Positions 61,871-64,000 of a stretch of 64,000 nt of DNA are shown here, one piece after another. Source of the stretch: an uncultured Gemmatimonadaceae bacterium. Lineage in GTDB: Bacteria; Latescibacterota; UBA2968; UBA8231. Made by a program: the position numbers and the translations under genes. Under the pieces are notes generated by a model. That model was not told the origin of the DNA, made no database searches, and saw only the letters and a list, made by a program, of their open reading frames with translations. How positions within the stretch are numbered: the stretch's first letter is position 1; every line of letters starts with the position of its first letter. The stretch is from positions 41,062 through 105,061 of the forward strand of contig CAZPXM010000001.1 in NCBI GenBank assembly GCA_964591015.1, written 5' to 3'.

Positions 61871-62833
61871 GTGACCCCACGCGAGCGGTTCATCCATGCG
61901 CTGGAGCGCCGCCCACCCATCCCGGGCCGCGTGCCCACCTTCGAACTGGTGTTCTTCTTGACGATGGAGGCGTTCGGCAAGGTCCATCCCTCCCACCGTC
62001 ACTACGCGCAGTGGGACCAGATGGAGGAGAAGGAGCGGCAGCTCCACCGCCGCGACATGGCGGAGCTGTTCATCGCCACGGCGCGCCGCTTCGAGCACAG
62101 CGCGATCTTCCTCCACCCCAATCCCGGCAGCGAGGCGGAGACCCTGCGCCTGATCGATCTGGTGCGCGACCTCAGCGGCGACACCTACTTCCTCATGCTG
62201 CACGGCGACGCGACCTACGGAGTGCCCAGCGGCAGCCACATGGAGCAGTGGTGCGCGCGGCTGGTGGAGGAACCGCAGCGGCTCAAGCAGGAGGCGGCCG
62301 CGATGGTGGACCAGGCGCTGGAGCGCGGCGCGCGCCTGGCCGCGCACGGCGGCCTGGACGGCTTCGCCCTGTGCGCAGACTACTGCTTCAACACCGGGCC
62401 GTTTCTGTCGCCGGCGCAGTTCGGCGAGTTCGTGACTCCCTATCTGGCGCGCCTGATCCGCGGCTACCGGGCACAGGGGCACTACGTGATCAAGCACACC
62501 GACGGCAACATCATGCCGATCCTCGACCAGCTGGTCGAGGGGCCCCCCCACGCGCTCCACTCGCTGGATCCCCAGGGCGGAGTGGACATGGCCGAGGTGA
62601 AGCGACGGGTGGGCGACAGGGTGTGCCTGATCGGCAACGTGAACTGCGGCCTGCTGGACTCCGGGACGGACGCGGATGCCATCGCCTCGGCCCGCTATGC
62701 GCTGCGTCACGGCATGCCCGGCGGCGGCTACGTATTCTCCACCAGCAACTGCGTGTACACGGGCATGCGCCTGCGCCGCTACGAGCTGATCCTCGACGTG
62801 TGGCGGGGCGAGGGCAACTACCCGCAATCGTGA
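61871..62833 (+). CDS. URO-D / methyltransferase-fold family protein
   Basis: [65 protein letters not shown]. Confidence 0.88.
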   Translation: MTPRERFIHALERRPPIPGRVPTFELVFFLTMEAFGKVHPSHRHYAQWDQMEEKERQLHRRDMAELFIATARRFEHSAIFLHPNPGSEAETLRLIDLVRDLSGDTYFLMLHGDATYGVPSGSHMEQWCARLVEEPQRLKQEAAAMVDQALERGARLAAHGGLDGFALCADYCFNTGPFLSPAQFGEFVTPYLARLIRGYRAQGHYVIKHTDGNIMPILDQLVEGPPHALHSLDPQGGVDMAEVKRRVGDRVCLIGNVNCGLLDSGTDADAIASARYALRHGMPGGGYVFSTSNCVYTGMRLRRYELILDVWRGEGNYPQS

Positions 62834-62898
62834 GGCGCCTGGCCACGGCGGCGCGGGGTGCCGTCCCGGTGGGCGCGGGGTCGCTGGAGGCGGCGAAC

Positions 62899-63618
62899 AT
62901 GCACGCGGAGCAATACGCGCGGCAGGTGCTCATCCCCGGCTGGGGAGAGGCCGGGCAGGAGCGGCTGCGCCGGGCCAGAGTCGTGGTGGCCGGCGCCGGC
63001 GGGCTGGGTTGCCCGCTGTCCACCTACCTGGCCGTGGCGGGCGTCGGCGAACTGCGCCTGTGCGACCCGGACTGCGTGGCCGTGTCGAATCTCAACCGGC
63101 AGATCCACTACACCGCTGCGGACGTGGGCCGGCCGAAGGTGGAGGTGGCGGCCGCGCGGCTGCGGGCGCTCAATCCCGCTGTCAGCGTCCTGGCGCACCG
63201 CGTCCGGCTGGACGCCGACTCGCTGCCGGCCATCGCTGCCGGTGCGGATCTGGTGGTGGACTGCCTGGACAACTTCGCCGGGCGCTACGTCCTCAATGCC
63301 TACTGCGTCCGCCATCGCCTGCCCCTGCTGCACGCCGGCGTGTGGGGGCTGGGCGGCCAACTGGCGCTGCTGCTGCCGCCGCGCACCGCCTGCCTGCGCT
63401 GCGTGTTCCCGGAGCCTCCGCCTGCGGCGCCGGCGCTGCCGGTGGCCGGGGCCGGGGCCGGCCTGGTCGGTGCGGCGCAGGCTGTCCTGGCGCTGCGCTG
63501 GCTGACGGGGATGGGGGTGGAGGAAGCGGGGCGGCTGCTCGTGCTGGAGGGCGAACCGCTCGCCATGCAGCAGATCGCTCTGCGGCGTGTCCCTGGGTGC
63601 CCCGACTGCGGCGCCTGA
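62899..63618 (+). CDS. HesA/MoeB/ThiF family adenylyltransferase
   Basis: [39 protein letters not shown] and CPDC zinc pairs. Confidence 0.92.
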   Translation: MHAEQYARQVLIPGWGEAGQERLRRARVVVAGAGGLGCPLSTYLAVAGVGELRLCDPDCVAVSNLNRQIHYTAADVGRPKVEVAAARLRALNPAVSVLAHRVRLDADSLPAIAAGADLVVDCLDNFAGRYVLNAYCVRHRLPLLHAGVWGLGGQLALLLPPRTACLRCVFPEPPPAAPALPVAGAGAGLVGAAQAVLALRWLTGMGVEEAGRLLVLEGEPLAMQQIALRRVPGCPDCGA

Positions 63619-63692
63619 GCGGTCCGGTGGGAGGAGGGGCGCCGCGCGGGCAGTGCTCGACGACGGGCTCGGACCCGGGCGAGGAGGGAGCC

Positions 63693-64000
63693 ATGCAGCG
63701 AGAGGGGTCGTGGCCGGTGCTGCGCACCTACCGCGGCGAGCACCTGCGCCGCGTGGCCATGCCGCTGGGCGGCATCGGCACGGGAACCGTGTCGCTGGGG
63801 GGTCGCGGCGATCTGCGGGACTGGGAACTGGTCAACCGGCCCGCCAAGGGGTTCGTGCCGCGGTCGGCCGCGCCGCCATTCTTCGCGCTGTATGCGCGCG
63901 CCGCCGGCCAGCCTGCCGTGTGCCGCCTGCTCGAAGGACCGCTCGATGCGGAGCTGTACGAGGGCGCCTCGGGGGCGGTCGGGACCAACCACGGCCTGCC
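63693..64000 (+). CDS. Partial (runs off right edge) GH116 family glycosidase N-terminus
   Basis: After GGAGGGAG RBS: [48 protein letters not shown]. Confidence 0.85.
   Translation, partial: MQREGSWPVLRTYRGEHLRRVAMPLGGIGTGTVSLGGRGDLRDWELVNRPAKGFVPRSAAPPFFALYARAAGQPAVCRLLEGPLDAELYEGASGAVGTNHGL

Overview
This is a very GC-rich (by eye >70%) bacterial chromosomal segment with about 52 supportable CDSs. I found no rRNA, tRNA, CRISPR array, integrase or transposase. Most genes are catabolic or housekeeping. They include apparently cytoplasmic glycoside-hydrolase-like proteins (GH141-like beta-helix, GH127, GH42-like, GHL10, GHL6, GH2 LacZ, GH116), three Gfo/Idh/MocA oxidoreductases, two aldo/keto reductases, KduD, four URO-D/methyltransferase-fold paralogues, a sulfatase and a sulfotransferase-fold protein. 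There are also peptidases (M55, M42, M16, M14, M28-like), enolase, Fe-SOD, NikR-FmdE, a G1P-dehydrogenase-like enzyme, an ABC-F ATPase, and NSS and DMT transporters. Two loci stand out. (1) An operon at 37.3-39.9 kb has its own near-consensus promoter and a 23-bp downstream hairpin. Its DUF2089 Zn-ribbon/HTH regulator, DUF4097 protein and ~40-unit pentapeptide-repeat protein all carry the same SHOCT-like helical motif, which suggests a partner-switching module with a possible DNA mimic. (2) A single ORF at 47.6-50.2 kb fuses an M28/DUF4910-type aminopeptidase-like protein with an AAC(3)-family acyltransferase, directly behind an ABC-F gene. All family assignments come from motif recognition by eye; no database search was run. 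Start codons were moved from the ORF track to the likeliest RBS-supported start.
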